Source of the DNA: Phoronis australis
Lineage: Eukaryota; Animalia; Phoronida
Direction of reading: 5' to 3'
Length of the DNA stretch: 36,561 nt
Assembly: GCA_002633005.1 (NCBI GenBank)
Contig: NMRA01000010.1
Span: forward strand, 2,080,027 to 2,116,587
Below the pieces are notes generated by a model that made no database searches, was not told the origin of the DNA, and saw nothing but the letters and a program-made list of their open reading frames with translations. Positions within the stretch are counted from its first letter, which is position 1; every line of letters begins with the position of its first letter. Below, piece by piece: positions 11,001 through 23,535 of this stretch. Position numbers and translations under genes: made by a program.

Positions 11001-14000
11001 GCAGATCTTGGCTTATGCGATGCATGACGGGCAATTTGACGAACTTGTTGGCCTCAACCTAATACCTCTGCTAAGTGGAACGTATGTTGCGTTTCAAGAG
11101 AATAACGCGCAAGATAAAATCTTTTTGACGAATACTGATCATCCTGCAGAATTATTTCCTGGCCTTGAGAATCGTCTTGTCAGCAACGCCATCACTGACA
11201 GCGAAAAAGAAGTTCTGGAAAAGATAGCCAAGTCAGGTAAGTATTTGTCAAATATTGTGACTGGTACATGTAGGTAGAATTATTTCTGTAGAAGAAAACT
11301 ACTGGGAAGGAATATAGATGTTATATTATTGGAGACATCTCGAGATATTTAGAGACAAAACATGATTTTTGGTCCCTCTATTTTTGAAGCTGCAAGGACA
11401 TTGCTAGGTTTTGGAATGCTTGGTTTAGTTTAGTTCCAGCACCATTGAATGAAGTGATCCGGGGACCCGGGGTCAAGTTGCACTTTCATTAAAATGCCAT
11501 TGCGTTTTTCCAAATCAAACCACAGATAGTAATTGTTAAACTGGCCAAGTTGTCTTTCAACAACGATTGAAAATCGATAAATTAGCTCGATGGGTGTCGA
11601 CATTTTCGTTGCACAAATTACACTTCGCTGTGACAATAGAAATCAATCGAAAAAGCTGTTCGAACTGCGTGGCAAACCCGTAAGAAAATTTAGTACTTAA
11701 ACCAGCAATTTAAGTGTTTTGCAATCTTTGTGTTTTATTGTTGATTACGAAAAATATATTGCGCAATAGTTGGAGCTAATCCCGAAAAGCACTTTATACC
11801 TGGTCGTCAAAGTGAATCAGTGTTTACAGGCGGATACATGTTTAAATATACAAATACAACAAGAGTTTCAGTGATACATACAAGATTACTATTATTAATG
11901 TAAAAATCGTGTAAATTAATAATAATTATGCACAATGTCTTGCCGATGAAGATAAAAACCTTACATGTTATACAGATGCAGAGCACAAATGTGACCCACC
12001 ACCACAAAATGAGTCTTAAGTCGGGATTTGTCATTTTTTAATTGTTATTTTTTTCTGAAAACGCAGTGTTTTCTGATCATTTTGAGGTATGAAACATGTC
12101 CTTATCTTCACAAATGACCGAGTTATTGCCAATTCTATTCGGGGAAAGCGAAAATTTAGAGCATTCAAAAGTCAAGGAAAATGGCCGACGAAAAGTGCCG
12201 ACAGTGTCTTTAAAATTTCCATAACAACCTGCAGTTGAATGCTACATTTCAGACTTATTAGTATGCACAACAACATAAACAAATAAAAGTAATAAAAATT
12301 AGAAAAAATATAGACCTTATCATGTAATCTCAGCCAAAAANNNNNNNNNNNNNNNNNNNNNNNNNNNNNNNNNNNNNNNNNNNNNNNNNNNNNNNNNNNN
12401 NNNNNNNNNNNNNNNNNNNNNNNNNNNNNNNNNNNNNNNNNNNNNNNNNNNNNNNNNNNNNNNNNNNNNNNNNNNNNNNNNNNNNNNNNNNNNNNNNNNN
12501 NNNNNNNNNNNNNNNNNNNNNNNNNNNNNNNNNNNNNNNNNNNNNNNNNNNNNNNNNNNNNNNNNNNNNNNNNNNNNNNNNNNNNNNNNNNNNNNNNNNN
12601 NNNNNNNNNNNNNNNNNNNNNNNNNNNNNNNNNNNNNNNNNNNNNNNNNNNNNNNNNNNNNNNNNNNNNNNNNNNNNNNNNNNNNNNNNNNNNNNNNNNN
12701 NNNNNNNNNNNNNNNNNNNNNNNNNNNNNNNNNNNNNNNNNNNNNNNNNNNNNNNNNNNNTGAGTGACACTTCTGTTGAAAATACCCCGAATGCAAAAAG
12801 TGAAATAACGACTTATGATTGGACGAAAAACTCAAAGAGATTACTACATGCATAATGAGCAGAGTTTGACCTTTCTGTTGATGTGTTTACGAGCGAAATT
12901 GGGTCATCGGAAGACTGATCAATGAGGACACGAAAACCGGCAAATTTCGATGAAAATTTCACGAGATATGCAGTCGTGGAGAAGGTGATGTTTTTCAAAA
13001 TGAAATAAATAAGGTTTAAAATGAAGTTTGATCGTTTTAAAGTATTGTTTTGCGGAGTAGAATGAATAAATAATCATAATCTGCAATAAAAAAATTTGAC
13101 CTAATTTTAACCGATAGCGACTGTTTGCAGTCTTGTCAGGAAATTGAGTTTCCGACTTAAGACTCATTTTGTCGTGGTGGGTCACAAATAAGGAATTTCG
13201 TCCATTATGAAATGACCTATGGCTTAGATAAGCTCGTGTAGTCAATATCAGTTGAAGCAATAGATCATTTCGCTAAGAGATAGAAATTTTGCAACTTTTT
13301 CAAGTAAAGCCATGTTGATACTGGTATCAAGTTTTCTATACCCATTATGCAAAAGATAATTTTGTCAAGAACTTTAGGGAATTCTGGGTAAGGTTGTGAC
13401 TATCGGGTTATTGTTCGAGTGTCTGGAAAAGATCTCTTCTCTTATTTTCGTTTACTGTCCAATCAGAGATGTGAACAGCTCCGTGGGGAAGTGGCCTTCA
13501 AATTGCCTCTAAATTTATCGTCCCAATTTGTACAAGCTAATAATGTCATGACTGCGTAGAAGTTGAAATAACGTTAAAGACACTGGCAAATCTGAAGCAG
13601 GGGTATATGCTGTTCGATAAATATTTTGTGAGTTTTAAAGTTCATCCTCTATTCATGAGACCGGTCAGAGAGTTTTCCCTGTCAGATTGTAATTCTAAGG
13701 GGTACTGAGGATACTCTTTTGAGAATAGATAAAATGGTTTAGAGATAAATGAGTCCAGATTATCGTTAATGTAGAGTGATAAGAGGAAAGGATTTGGTAC
13801 GCTACATTAAGGTATTCCAGCATTGGCGTAGGTGGACGAAGACGACAGTGATAAGACTCCATCAATCCGCACTTAGTAAGTTCGGCAAGTCAGATGGGAT
13901 AGTGCCTCAGAAACCATAGGATTGCAACTTGTAAAACAGTAGATCGTGCTGCTTCAGGCAAGAATCTGAACTGTATTGTAGATTAGATCGTTAGAGATAG

Positions 14001-17000
14001 CGTGTTCAAACATTTGCTGGCTTGTAATTTAACTGATATTTTCCACAAGAAGTTTTAGTTTTATAAGCCGATAGTTTTCAGCGTCACTGTTCAAATTCTT
14101 TTTGTGTAGATGTATCATTACTCCTAGTTCCCAATAATTATATGAATATACGTAAATAAAACAACAAAAATGGATCACTGAAACTTTTGGATATAATAAA
14201 TTCCTTCGTCAACATAAACAGAAATAATTCCTCTCATACTGGTATTTCTTGTACAATGTTATCAAAAGGACTGTGAGTTCCTTTGCGATTGTTTTGCTTA
14301 TTTATCACCCATTAGGTCGGTTCCGTCATTTTGTTTCGTCATTTTTTAATAGTTTCCTGACCTCAGCGGATTAGGGAAGCCTTCTTTGTCTAAGATGTAT
14401 TCAAATGTTTTGCTTCGGAATTGGAAAGTTCGTTGTTGGAGCAATGTGGTTTTTGGATGTGAAGTATTGGATAAAAAGGCTGTTTTTTTATTCTTCGCTC
14501 ATAAATGAGTTTCAGCGTCCTGTGCAGTATGGTATAATGATTGCTTTGTGTGTCCCTGATTTTATTTTTATAGTTCAGTATCCCTTTGAGGTTTTGAAAA
14601 AAAATTTTAAGCTGGCGATACCTTCTCATTTTGTCATTTTGCTCCAGCTTCTTTGGTAAACATCCGCGAGCGCTTTTTGGGAAATTGGTTCTATGGTGTG
14701 ATTTAAGTTGCCAAAAGTGGAACTTGCTATAGTTTTACATTAGACAATAATACTTCCGATTTGGTTCCATATTTTCAACCTCTCTCTGGATTCAATTTAG
14801 TTTAATTTTGGCTCAACTAAGATAGAGTTCTCTTATATGGCATGGTATTTATGTAGCCACGATAAAGATTGACAGTGAAACGCCGTAGACAATAGTTAAT
14901 TCATTAACGACAAAATCCTAGGCGAATCGCCCACTTTTTAATAATGTGAACATTTCGTCACTAGAATAATTTTGATTGTGATACGTCGTAATTTCTTATT
15001 TTATTTCAACAAAATAATAGAGATTAGCAACACAATCTTTGCTTGACTTAAAATTACACTAAATCTGTATAGGTGTCAAAAAGGTATGCTGGGGAATAAT
15101 TTCCATTCTCTCGTATTTGTCCAAATCTGCAATACATCAATTACAATTTCTTTTAATCTCCTCAGTACAGCGTTACAGGCGGCCTTAGTATTGTGCTGGG
15201 ATTAAGATGTGATTAATTTCGTAAAAGAAATCTCCAAAGTATGCAGATAACACTACATTTTCTCAACTAATAAAATGTTACTGCCTACTATATTTGAAAA
15301 GCCACTTTATATTTCGTTCCACAAACATGTTATTAAAAAGCTTTTAAGAGTCTAAAAAGTGAGCACTGTCATTTTTCCCAATCCTCATTTCTTAATTTTT
15401 AAATATATTTAGCATAAACGTTTTTTAAATGCAATAACACTTAAAGACTTTTCGCTAAGTTCGGAACAAACCTTTGAAAGACATGATGGTGTTTAGTACA
15501 TAATTCCAGAGAAACGTGTTCGGCATCTTCGAATGATATCATCCTGGAAATCAATAGCTCTTCTGTACACCCAATGTTAGTCTGATCCCGTCCAAAATCC
15601 ATCATGCTACTGGCTCGCTCTATCAACACTAATGCTACCTGAAAGTTTGATTTCCTTAGCCAGAGCATTGTCCTGGATCAAATTGTTTAATTTGTTCCTT
15701 TGTTCAAAACTTCCCAACACAATTTACTTTCAGTGGCCACACCACGTGACGTAATAAATATAAGTCTGAAAAGAATTCTGTCCCAACATATTTACACCCC
15801 GTTTTAAGATTCAGTAAGTCGAGGACAAACTTATTATCATAACTGTTGTAGAATAAGGTTCTTCTATTTATCAAAATGTTTATGCTTTCCCATAGAACTT
15901 GATTTTTCAATCTGATATTTGCATATAAATATCCTGGTGTTTCTTGCCAGCTCCATAACGTACCGTGTATCACAGCATAAGGACATGAAATTTTCTGGTA
16001 GCAATTTCTTGTTAGCATATTTGGATTAAAAAGCCTCTATTGTTCAATAGTTGCAAGTGCGCGTATGTCGTATATGACGATGACTTTTCACCGTTGCAGG
16101 AGAAACAAATATGGCGCTGATGAAGCAAGAAGACGCGGTGCAGATGTTCCAACTGGTTTTCCCGTCTCATTGGGTTGACGACCTCTTGTCATGGACTCCC
16201 GATCGGGAAGAAGACGTCACACTTGCTTGGGTGGAGTTGGTGTGGAACTACCTGGTGAAGATGTTCTTAGACGATCTTTCTTCTGTAGAAGGTCTTAGTA
16301 TTCTACCACTAAAATCAATTGACGGGCCACTCTTTCTGAAAAGATTAACTAGAAAGAGCGCTGTCATTTTTTATGACGGACGCTCCGAAAGTTTCCGTGT
16401 TAGCACGTTGAGACAGTTAGGCGTTTTCGTTGCAGACGATTTGTTTCCTTTCATCAAGCGTCATCCGTGCATTTATAACTACGTGAGCGAACCTTCAGTT
16501 TCAGGTGTTTTACACGCTCTGTCCGCTCTCGACCTACCTCTGTTGATAAAGAAAATGAGCGAGCTTTCCCGCGAATTGGTCCACCAATTCCGTTCTGAAA
16601 TAGCACGAGGTGATGTGCATGTTCTCCAACAATTCCGTGATATTCTGAGGGCATTGCCAATGTTCGGGGTCACAGGAAACACACTGACACGTGTAGAAGA
16701 CAGGCTATACGCACTTGAAGAAATTGGCTGCATAGCTCCAGATGACGAATTTCCATTTAGACTACCAAAACCACTTATCCAGATAGAGAACGAATCTTCA
16801 AGGCATTTGAGCCTCGTGCTCGGTGCTAGAGAGCTTTCCTTGACCGATTTGTTGGTAAATCTCATTATCCCGTCAATATCGGTATACACACCACTTGACT
16901 TTGAAAAAATATTAGAGTATCTATTTTGTCACCACATGGAATTAGTTGACAGCAACCGTAAGCTCAGGGATTGTGTTAGAGATTTGAATATTTTTCAGCG

Positions 17001-20000
17001 CTGTGATGGCGAACTTGGGAGCCTTGCAAGTTTATTCGACCCTTCTGACGAAAGGTTAACGAAACTATTCTACGGTCAAGACATCTTTCTTGCGGGCGCA
17101 TGCGCCTCGAACAAGATTCTGCCTAAACTGCGCATTCTTGGTCTGAAAACATACAAAGACATTGAAGCCCAAGAAATACTTCTAGCTGCGCGGCATATTG
17201 AAACATTACCGCACAACCAGAGCGTTGTACTGAAAGCGCATGCGATACAAACGTTTCTCTCAGAACAGAAAGCATCTTACTTAGATAAACAAACCGACGG
17301 ACGGTCGTTAAAAGAACACTTACAAGATACTGCTTGGGTTCCTGTTAAAACACGTCCCGATAATTACCCTCGTCAATTAACCTGGTTTGGTGGAAAAAAC
17401 AAGTTTCAAAAGCCGTCATTGCTCCATGAAGCAAATGATGGCAATTTGGTTGGCACAGTGAAGGAAGTTGCAGATATTGAAATGGTTTCTGGGTTGTGTC
17501 TATGTGAAACAACATTAAAACATGTGGCTGACAATTTGCTTAACGTTGCAATGGAAAGCACCCCATCCACCGAAAATATACTGCAACTCCGCAGCTTCGT
17601 GTTTCATGTGTATGAATACATGCAGAGCCAAATTACCACGAATCCGCAGATCACAAGAAAGATGAGAGAGGATTTTAAAGGGAGGAAGTGTATTTTGGTC
17701 GAAGATGGCAGAGTTTTTGTTACACCTGAAGAAGTCTCATTTGCAGAAGACTTGGCACCTTTTCGCCCTGAGATACCTTATGAGATGAAACTACGATTTC
17801 AAACATTACTAAAAGGCATGGGTGTGCGACAAAAGTTTAATGTGGAAGCTTATTGCACGATACTTTCAGAAATAGAGGCAGACAGTCGTGGTTGCCCTTT
17901 GAGTAAAGAAAGGCTTGATCTTGTGAGGAGTATTGCCGAACGTCTTGCAAGTTCCGTAGAAGCTGACGACCTGCCTCAGGAAGTCTATTTGCCAAATGAC
18001 GCAAACCATGTGATGAAGTTGTCATCGACACTTTGCAACAATGATTGCCCTTGGATACCTGACGCTGACATGTCGTGTGTACATAGACGTATACCATTCG
18101 ATGTTGCTAAAACATTACGTGTGCAGACAAAGCGTACAAAAGCTTTAGAAAGTTCCTCCTTTGGAATCCCTTTCGGGCAAAAGGAGAAACTCACTGATGA
18201 GATTAAAAGAACTCTTGAAGGATATCCTGCAAATATTGACATTTTGAAAGAGATGCTCCAAAACGCTGACGACGCTCAAGCTACCGAACTACACTTTTGT
18301 CTTGATACCCGTATCCATTCAACAGACAGGGTATTTGAAGATTGCTGGAAACCATTGCAAGGACCAGCGCTTTGTGTGTACAATGATAAGCCTTTCACCG
18401 AAGATGATGTTCACGCTATTCAAAGCCTTGGAAATGGTAACAAAGAGAATGGTCATACGAAGACAGGCCAATACGGACTGGGGTTTAATGCTGTTTATCA
18501 CGTCACTGACGTACCCTCGCTGCTAACTAATATCGTTGGGAAAGGCAAGAGATTGTATGTGTTCGATCCGCACTGTGCATATGTACCTTCTGCAACTCGC
18601 TATGAACCAGGAAGATGTTTCACGGATTTGGATAAACTGAAGAACATGTTTCCTTCAGTTTTTGAATGCTATAATAACGTTTTTGAAGATATTGGTGACT
18701 CGTTTGAAGGAACACTTTTTAGATTCCCTCTGCGAGACGAGAAAATGGCAAAAACATCTGACATAAAGGCTACACCAATCACAATACAAGACGTACGTGC
18801 GATGTTGCAAACATTCAAAAGTGAGGCCCCTAAGAGTCTACTGTTTCTGAACAACGTTCGGAAAATCACGGTCTGTGAAATAGGACGCGCCGATGATGCT
18901 TTGGAGTCATTCACAATTAGCGCTACTTTAGAAAGTGACTGCCAAAGAAACCTCAATGAATTCAAAGAATACGTCAAGGCAGTCTCAGCTGCAGCAAAAA
19001 TGATCCCAAGAAACATTTGGTCCATCCAGTCAAACGAGGTAGCGTATGAGATGACCGTGAAAAGTCCAGATGATGCGAAGAAGAGATGGCTCATTGTTCA
19101 AAAGTTTGGCTTCGATACGAACGAAGAGGTCCCTCAATTATTAAGCAATGCGTACTCCAGAAGTGAAATTCAACTTCTTCCAAGAGGGGGAGTTGCGTGT
19201 GAGTTAACGTCGTCAAGGCAAGATGACGTGCATAACGCATTCTGTTTCCTTCCACTGCCTCAGACCACAAAATTGCCTGTCCATATCAATGGTCATTTTG
19301 CTCTTGACCATGAAACAAGGCGGAAAATATGGACATCTACTCAACAAGACGAAGACGTTAAGGCTACGTGGAACAGATTACTCATGCGTTTGGTGATTGC
19401 ACATGCATATGTGCGCTTAGTTGACGAATACAAACATCGTGTCATTGCTTGCAGCAGTGGCGAGACCACAACTTTGTCTAAGCTGAGGTCACTTCTTAAT
19501 CTTTTCCCTTTCTCGCACCAAGATTCTGGTGAATTCAATGATTTGGTGAGAAGCTTTTATAGAATAATGAATGAAAAGCAGGTTCCGGCCCTTTGCATGG
19601 TTCATGGGCCTCTTGCAGAGAGTGAATTGTACACAATCACTTGGTTTCCACCTGGCGATAAAGGTCCAGACGGACCTCATTTTGATACTTTATGCTCTAA
19701 AGATACGTTGTCTTTGACAGGAAGTGGCAGAAAACCCTTTGATTGCCTTAGGGATTTGCTTCTGCAATGTGAAATGAAAGTCTTGTGGAAACCTGTCTCC
19801 ATTTTAGTTGAAGAATTCGAGCATAGTGGTATTACTTGTCGATCATTAACTTCAGAAACAGTTCTTGAATTTTTCAAGACGCCAGTTGCATGTAGTGCAA
19901 CTCTCTCACACCCTACAGATGTGCTTACCATTTTGAATTTCTGCAAAAATGCTCCACACTTTCCAGATCTTTTAGAAGGTGTACATCTCCTTATGACAGA

Positions 20001-23000
20001 ATCACGGAAGATCAAAGAATTTACATCAAAATATCCCAGATATCTTACGACGCATACTACTCTCGTGAATTCGGAATATCACGACGATTTTGTTCACCAC
20101 CAACTTGCACAATCAGTGTTCCAGACGGAGCTTTTTCAGGACATTACCTGCTTTAAAGAATTTACAATTGAAAGCTTGTCTAGAATGCTTCCTGGAAAAT
20201 TCAAAGATCAATATGAAGTGATACATGAGAAAGATGACAGGTTTGTTGAGTGGATCCAGGAGCTGTGGTATTTTATCAGCGAAGCACAACAGATGGGGAA
20301 ACATGATGCAAATACTTTATGCGAATTTCTTGGACAATTTTGTCTGATACCTGCATACCGTGAAATAGAAGGGAAACCCAGAGAGCATACGCTCATTCAA
20401 TTTCGGCGATCCAAAGGTGTCGTCAATAGCTTATCCGAGAACGTAAACATTGTGGACAGTATGAAACGCTTAGGTGCTCCAGTGCTGTCAGACATAGTTC
20501 CGCCACACCCAATTCTGTTGTCCATTGTAACCACGACAAACAAGCCACTGGACATTTTATCTGCCATTGAACTAGAACGAGAAAATGGTTCACCAAACAT
20601 CCTCCTAACGAAATCGCAGTGTTCTTGCCTACTTAAGTACCTGTGCTCAACCTTAGATCCCAACCATGAGATTTTACAAAGAATAAAACAATTACCTTTC
20701 TTCTGTACAAGTAGTGGATCTTTTATCAGTATCAGCGATAAGGAGGTATTTGTACTTGGTAGAAACATTCGAACGAAGGACGCACGCTTTTGGGAGGACA
20801 ATGAAAACGTTCTGTTCCTGGAAAATGAATTCATTGGCGAGGATGTCAGGAAGTTTCTTAAACTTGAGAAAATAAAACGTTCCGATCTTTATAAGGACTA
20901 TGTCCTGCCACATTTGGCACAAATGTCAGATGAAAGCAGAATAGATGTTTTAGAGTACATAAGACGCGTCGTTATTCGTACATTGGTCGACAAGGACCGG
21001 GCTTCCTTCATATCTTTTATGAAGAAAACGCCTTTCATCAAAAACGACCAGGGAAGGTTGGTGAAGGCCAGTGTCTACTATGACTGGCACAATGCGGTCT
21101 TTGCTGAAATGATGCCAGAAAAACAATTTCCACCCAAGGACTTCAAAACCCCTAAATGGCGGGAGTTCTTATTGGAACTTGGACTGCAGTACAGTTTATC
21201 AGGTGATCAGTTTGTAGAATTTGCAAAGGAGGTTGCGGGTTATGATACACGCAGTCAATTCATAGACAAACGGCGCAAGTCAGATGTGCTGCTCGATCAT
21301 CTTTTTGAAAACCAAAACTCTCTTCCACTGAATGAAATCAAAGATATAGCGTTTGTTCTACAGCAAACGTTACCAGAAGAATTAGTTCGTCTGCATCCAC
21401 GTTACAATGAAGAAAAATTTGTGAAGATGAATGATGCCGTTGTCGGTACCCCTTCAAATGTTCAGCTGGTTTGGAGTACTGCAAGTCTTCTCTCGAGGAG
21501 GTCATTTTCTTGCGACGAAAGGCTAGCCAAAGCTCTTGGGATTCACGTCTTGCCACCTGTGTCCCTGGTGATTAGACATTGCTCCAACGTGTGTACAAAC
21601 CTGTATCAACAGAAACCATGGACTACCAAGGAGGCATGGGAGGACGATTTAATGCTGCGCATTATGAAGAACATGTACGGGTTTTTGAGCACGAACACAT
21701 CAGAAATTTCTTCAATTGACAAGAACTTGTTGCAAAATACACCGTTCGTGGTCGTCAATGAGTCGAATGCATTTGTCTATGCGAGACAAATAGTGGAAGA
21801 CATACAGAAAGAAGAACAAATAGAGCCGTATCTGTATAAGCTGCCCACGGAAATTGCAGAATTCAGACAGTTATTCTTTTCTTTGGGAGCAAGCGTGCAT
21901 CTGAATGTAAATCAACTTGGAAATGTCCTTTTTGAAATCGCTCACAGTACTAGTGAAGAGGTTTCTTATATTGACCTAATGAAGAAGGCTGCCCAATCTT
22001 TCATTTCTCTGTTGAGATGTTCTGATGACGCAATCGCAAATGCATCGTTTGAAAAGGGCCTATTTGCGCCAACAAGGGACGGCGAGATGGTATTGGCTGG
22101 AAAATGTGTCTTTGTTGACGACGGGCGACTATACGAAGAAATAAAAAATAACTTCAACTATCCAGTCCTGATAAAATCTTTGAGTGAAGTCTTTGATAGT
22201 AAGCAAAAGCTTTTGAAACTTGAGGAGCAACATCGGCCGTTGATACTATCCGAAATGATTCGTGAGCAAGTGGAAATTGGGAGTGAAGTCCGTAGTCATG
22301 AAGAATCAGACAAACCATTAATGAAGAAGATTTTTCAGCGTCTCACCTGTGACCAGTTTCATTATGCTCTTGCGAGACTAATTTTCCACATGAGCAGCCA
22401 GAGCAATCAGCCCATAATGAACGTCTTAAAGGATGTTCAGGAAAAATTTGAAACGGTCAAGGTCTTCGAAGCTAGTGCCATCACGTCGTATTATGTGGAC
22501 GAATCTGGAAACAAGTTGTGTGAAAGTACAAGTAATGTAAAAGTGTATGTTACTCGCGGTAAGGAATCCTGCCTGGAAGTTTACATACATCCGATGGAAG
22601 AGCAATCTGAAATCTATAACACCTTGACCGAGTTCATTGCCGACAATGTGGGTGTTACTCTCAACACCAGATGTCTAATGGTATTGCGAGAGCTTCTGAA
22701 TCTCCAACACTCAGCCACTAAACTAAGTTCTTATCTAGACAAGAACCGAATTATGACAATTCCTGTCCGAGAACACCATATTCGTTTCGGTGAAACAATT
22801 TCCGAGAACGTTAGTCATGTTATGGAGAAGGGTGTTTTCGGTTTTGATGTCAACGAAAGAGTTGGCTGCGAAACAAGTGTGCAAAATTATGGTGGTGGGT
22901 CAAAGTATGCCCTAGCTCAGATTTGCAGAGAACTGGAGTCAAGCCAAGAGTCACCGTGTGGCTTTAAACAACTACATGTTGCGAATATTGGCTTTGAGGA

Positions 23001-23535
23001 AGTTGAAGGTGCCAGTGCAAACTTCTTTAGGTTTTGGAATCTCTCATCACGAGATGAGGATGGCAAAATTTGTATTCTTGAGACAGAGGCTACTAAACGC
23101 GAGATCATTAACCAGAACCAGTTAGAAGAATCACGGACGATGCCCGAACATCAAATAGGCAGATTCATGAGACGCCTTTTTATGCCTTGGCGCCCAGATG
23201 CAGACGAAGAAAATAAAGAGACACATGCTGAAATTTTCAGCTATCCTGTGTGTTCTGTGGCTAGATATGAAGAGACCAATCACCATTCAGCTTTAGTTGC
23301 GATCGATCAACAATCTATTCCGAAACCTTTCATCATACTATACGACAGGGGACTGGAATTTAGGCAAAGCTACGCTACTTCCCGTGGAACTGGAGGGGAT
23401 CTTGGGGTGATGGCGAACACAGCAATTCTTCCTAAGCCAAGACCTTCCTCAACGCGCCAGTTGTACCGTCAAGCTGTGGATGACTTCAACTCGTCCCAAA
23501 ACGACGACCAACCGCCAGCTGTTGAAGAGTCTTAA
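5012..23535 (+). CDS. SACS: Sacsin-like protein, spliced: join(5012-5045,5997-6079,7450-7566,9158-9305,9689-11236,16100-23535), ~3121 aa; two sacsin repeat regions, degenerate J domain, truncated HEPN
   Basis: All five introns are GT-AG with matching phases (1,0,0,1,1). The spliced product has sacsin SR1 motifs twice: YPDDGQILK|ELIQNAENA...Q|GPALYAFND...[15 protein letters not shown]|D...GTLFRFPLR...FCFLPFP...[10 protein letters not shown], and FGQKEKLT...[10 protein letters not shown]...[10 protein letters not shown]...[17 protein letters not shown]...GTLFRFPLR...[11 protein letters not shown]. The symbol denotes the family, not proven orthology. Confidence 0.88.
5997..6079 (+). CDS. SACS: Sacsin-like coding exon 2 ([27 protein letters not shown])
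   Basis: ttttAG acceptor at 5995-5996, AAG|GTAATG donor at 6080; matches the start of sacsin SR1. Confidence 0.85.
6788..6890. repeat. Palindromic ~100-bp MITE-like element in intron 2; inverted second copy at 25455-25558
   Basis: Self-complementary arms (tctgacataacgt...ttttgagaacaagttt / aaactcgttctcaaaa...acgttatatcaga). The reverse complement of 25473-25558 aligns at roughly 80% by eye. Confidence 0.65.
7450..7566 (+). CDS. SACS: Sacsin-like coding exon 3 ([19 protein letters not shown]...DLAHFQ)
   Basis: tttttcAG acceptor at 7448-7449, CAG|GTACAG donor at 7567; 117 bp, phase 0/0; contains GHKL motif I. Confidence 0.9.
9158..9305 (+). CDS. SACS: Sacsin-like coding exon 4 ([17 protein letters not shown]...[15 protein letters not shown])
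   Basis: ctAG acceptor at 9156-9157, G|GTAAAT donor at 9306; 148 bp; contains the GHKL glycine-rich motif. Confidence 0.9.
9689..11236 (+). CDS. SACS: Sacsin-like coding exon 5 (rest of first SR1 and SR2)
   Basis: Lies within ORF 9637-11277. tttctttgcAG acceptor at 9687-9688, TCAG|GTAAGT donor at 11237. Motifs GTLFRFPLR and [10 protein letters not shown]...[12 protein letters not shown]. Confidence 0.92.
11990..13186. mobile_element. Non-autonomous DNA transposon (~1.2 kb) with 35-bp TIRs in intron 5, spanning the assembly gap
   Basis: tgtgacccaccaccacaaaatgagtcttaagtcgg (11990-12024) versus reverse complement of 13152-13186: 34/35 identical. Superfamily not assigned. Confidence 0.8.
12341..12760. 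other. Assembly gap (420 N)
   Basis: Run of N. Confidence 1.
13370..14720 (-). mobile_element. Highly decayed CR1/L2-like LINE (ORF2 RT) relic in intron 5
   Basis: Minus-strand fragments in the expected order: ENYRLIKL (~14060-14080, cf. NYRPISL), [15 protein letters not shown] (~13905-13950), [20 protein letters not shown] (~13760-13825, cf. GVPQGSVLGPLLFLLYINDL). Many stops and frameshifts; boundaries approximate. Confidence 0.6.
15440..15950 (-). mobile_element. Second LINE relic (C-terminal part of ORF2)
   Basis: [18 protein letters not shown] (cf. KYLGVxIxxDLxWxxHI), followed by IERASSMM and a VQ/RRA-like segment (cf. LEYAxxVW...LExVQRRA). Confidence 0.45.
16100..23535 (+). CDS. SACS: Sacsin-like giant coding exon 6 (exon continues to 23562; stop at 23533-23535)
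   Basis: ccgttgcAG acceptor at 16098-16099; G|GA joins exon 5 in frame with the 2474-aa ORF 16111-23535. Second SR1 starts at ~18170; J-domain-like [10 protein letters not shown] at ~23170-23199; HEPN start [11 protein letters not shown] at ~23455-23490. Confidence 0.93.

Noticed and set aside
12320-12853. ORFs containing long X runs
   Set aside because: Artefacts of the N gap.
16454-23108. Many short antisense or alternate-frame ORFs inside the giant exon
   Set aside because: They are shadows of the long coding frame and have no recognisable motifs.
9637-23535. Treating ORFs 9637-11277 and 16111-23535 as two separate genes
   Set aside because: Canonical splice sites at 11237 and 16099 join them in phase, and the first ORF starts in the middle of SR1.
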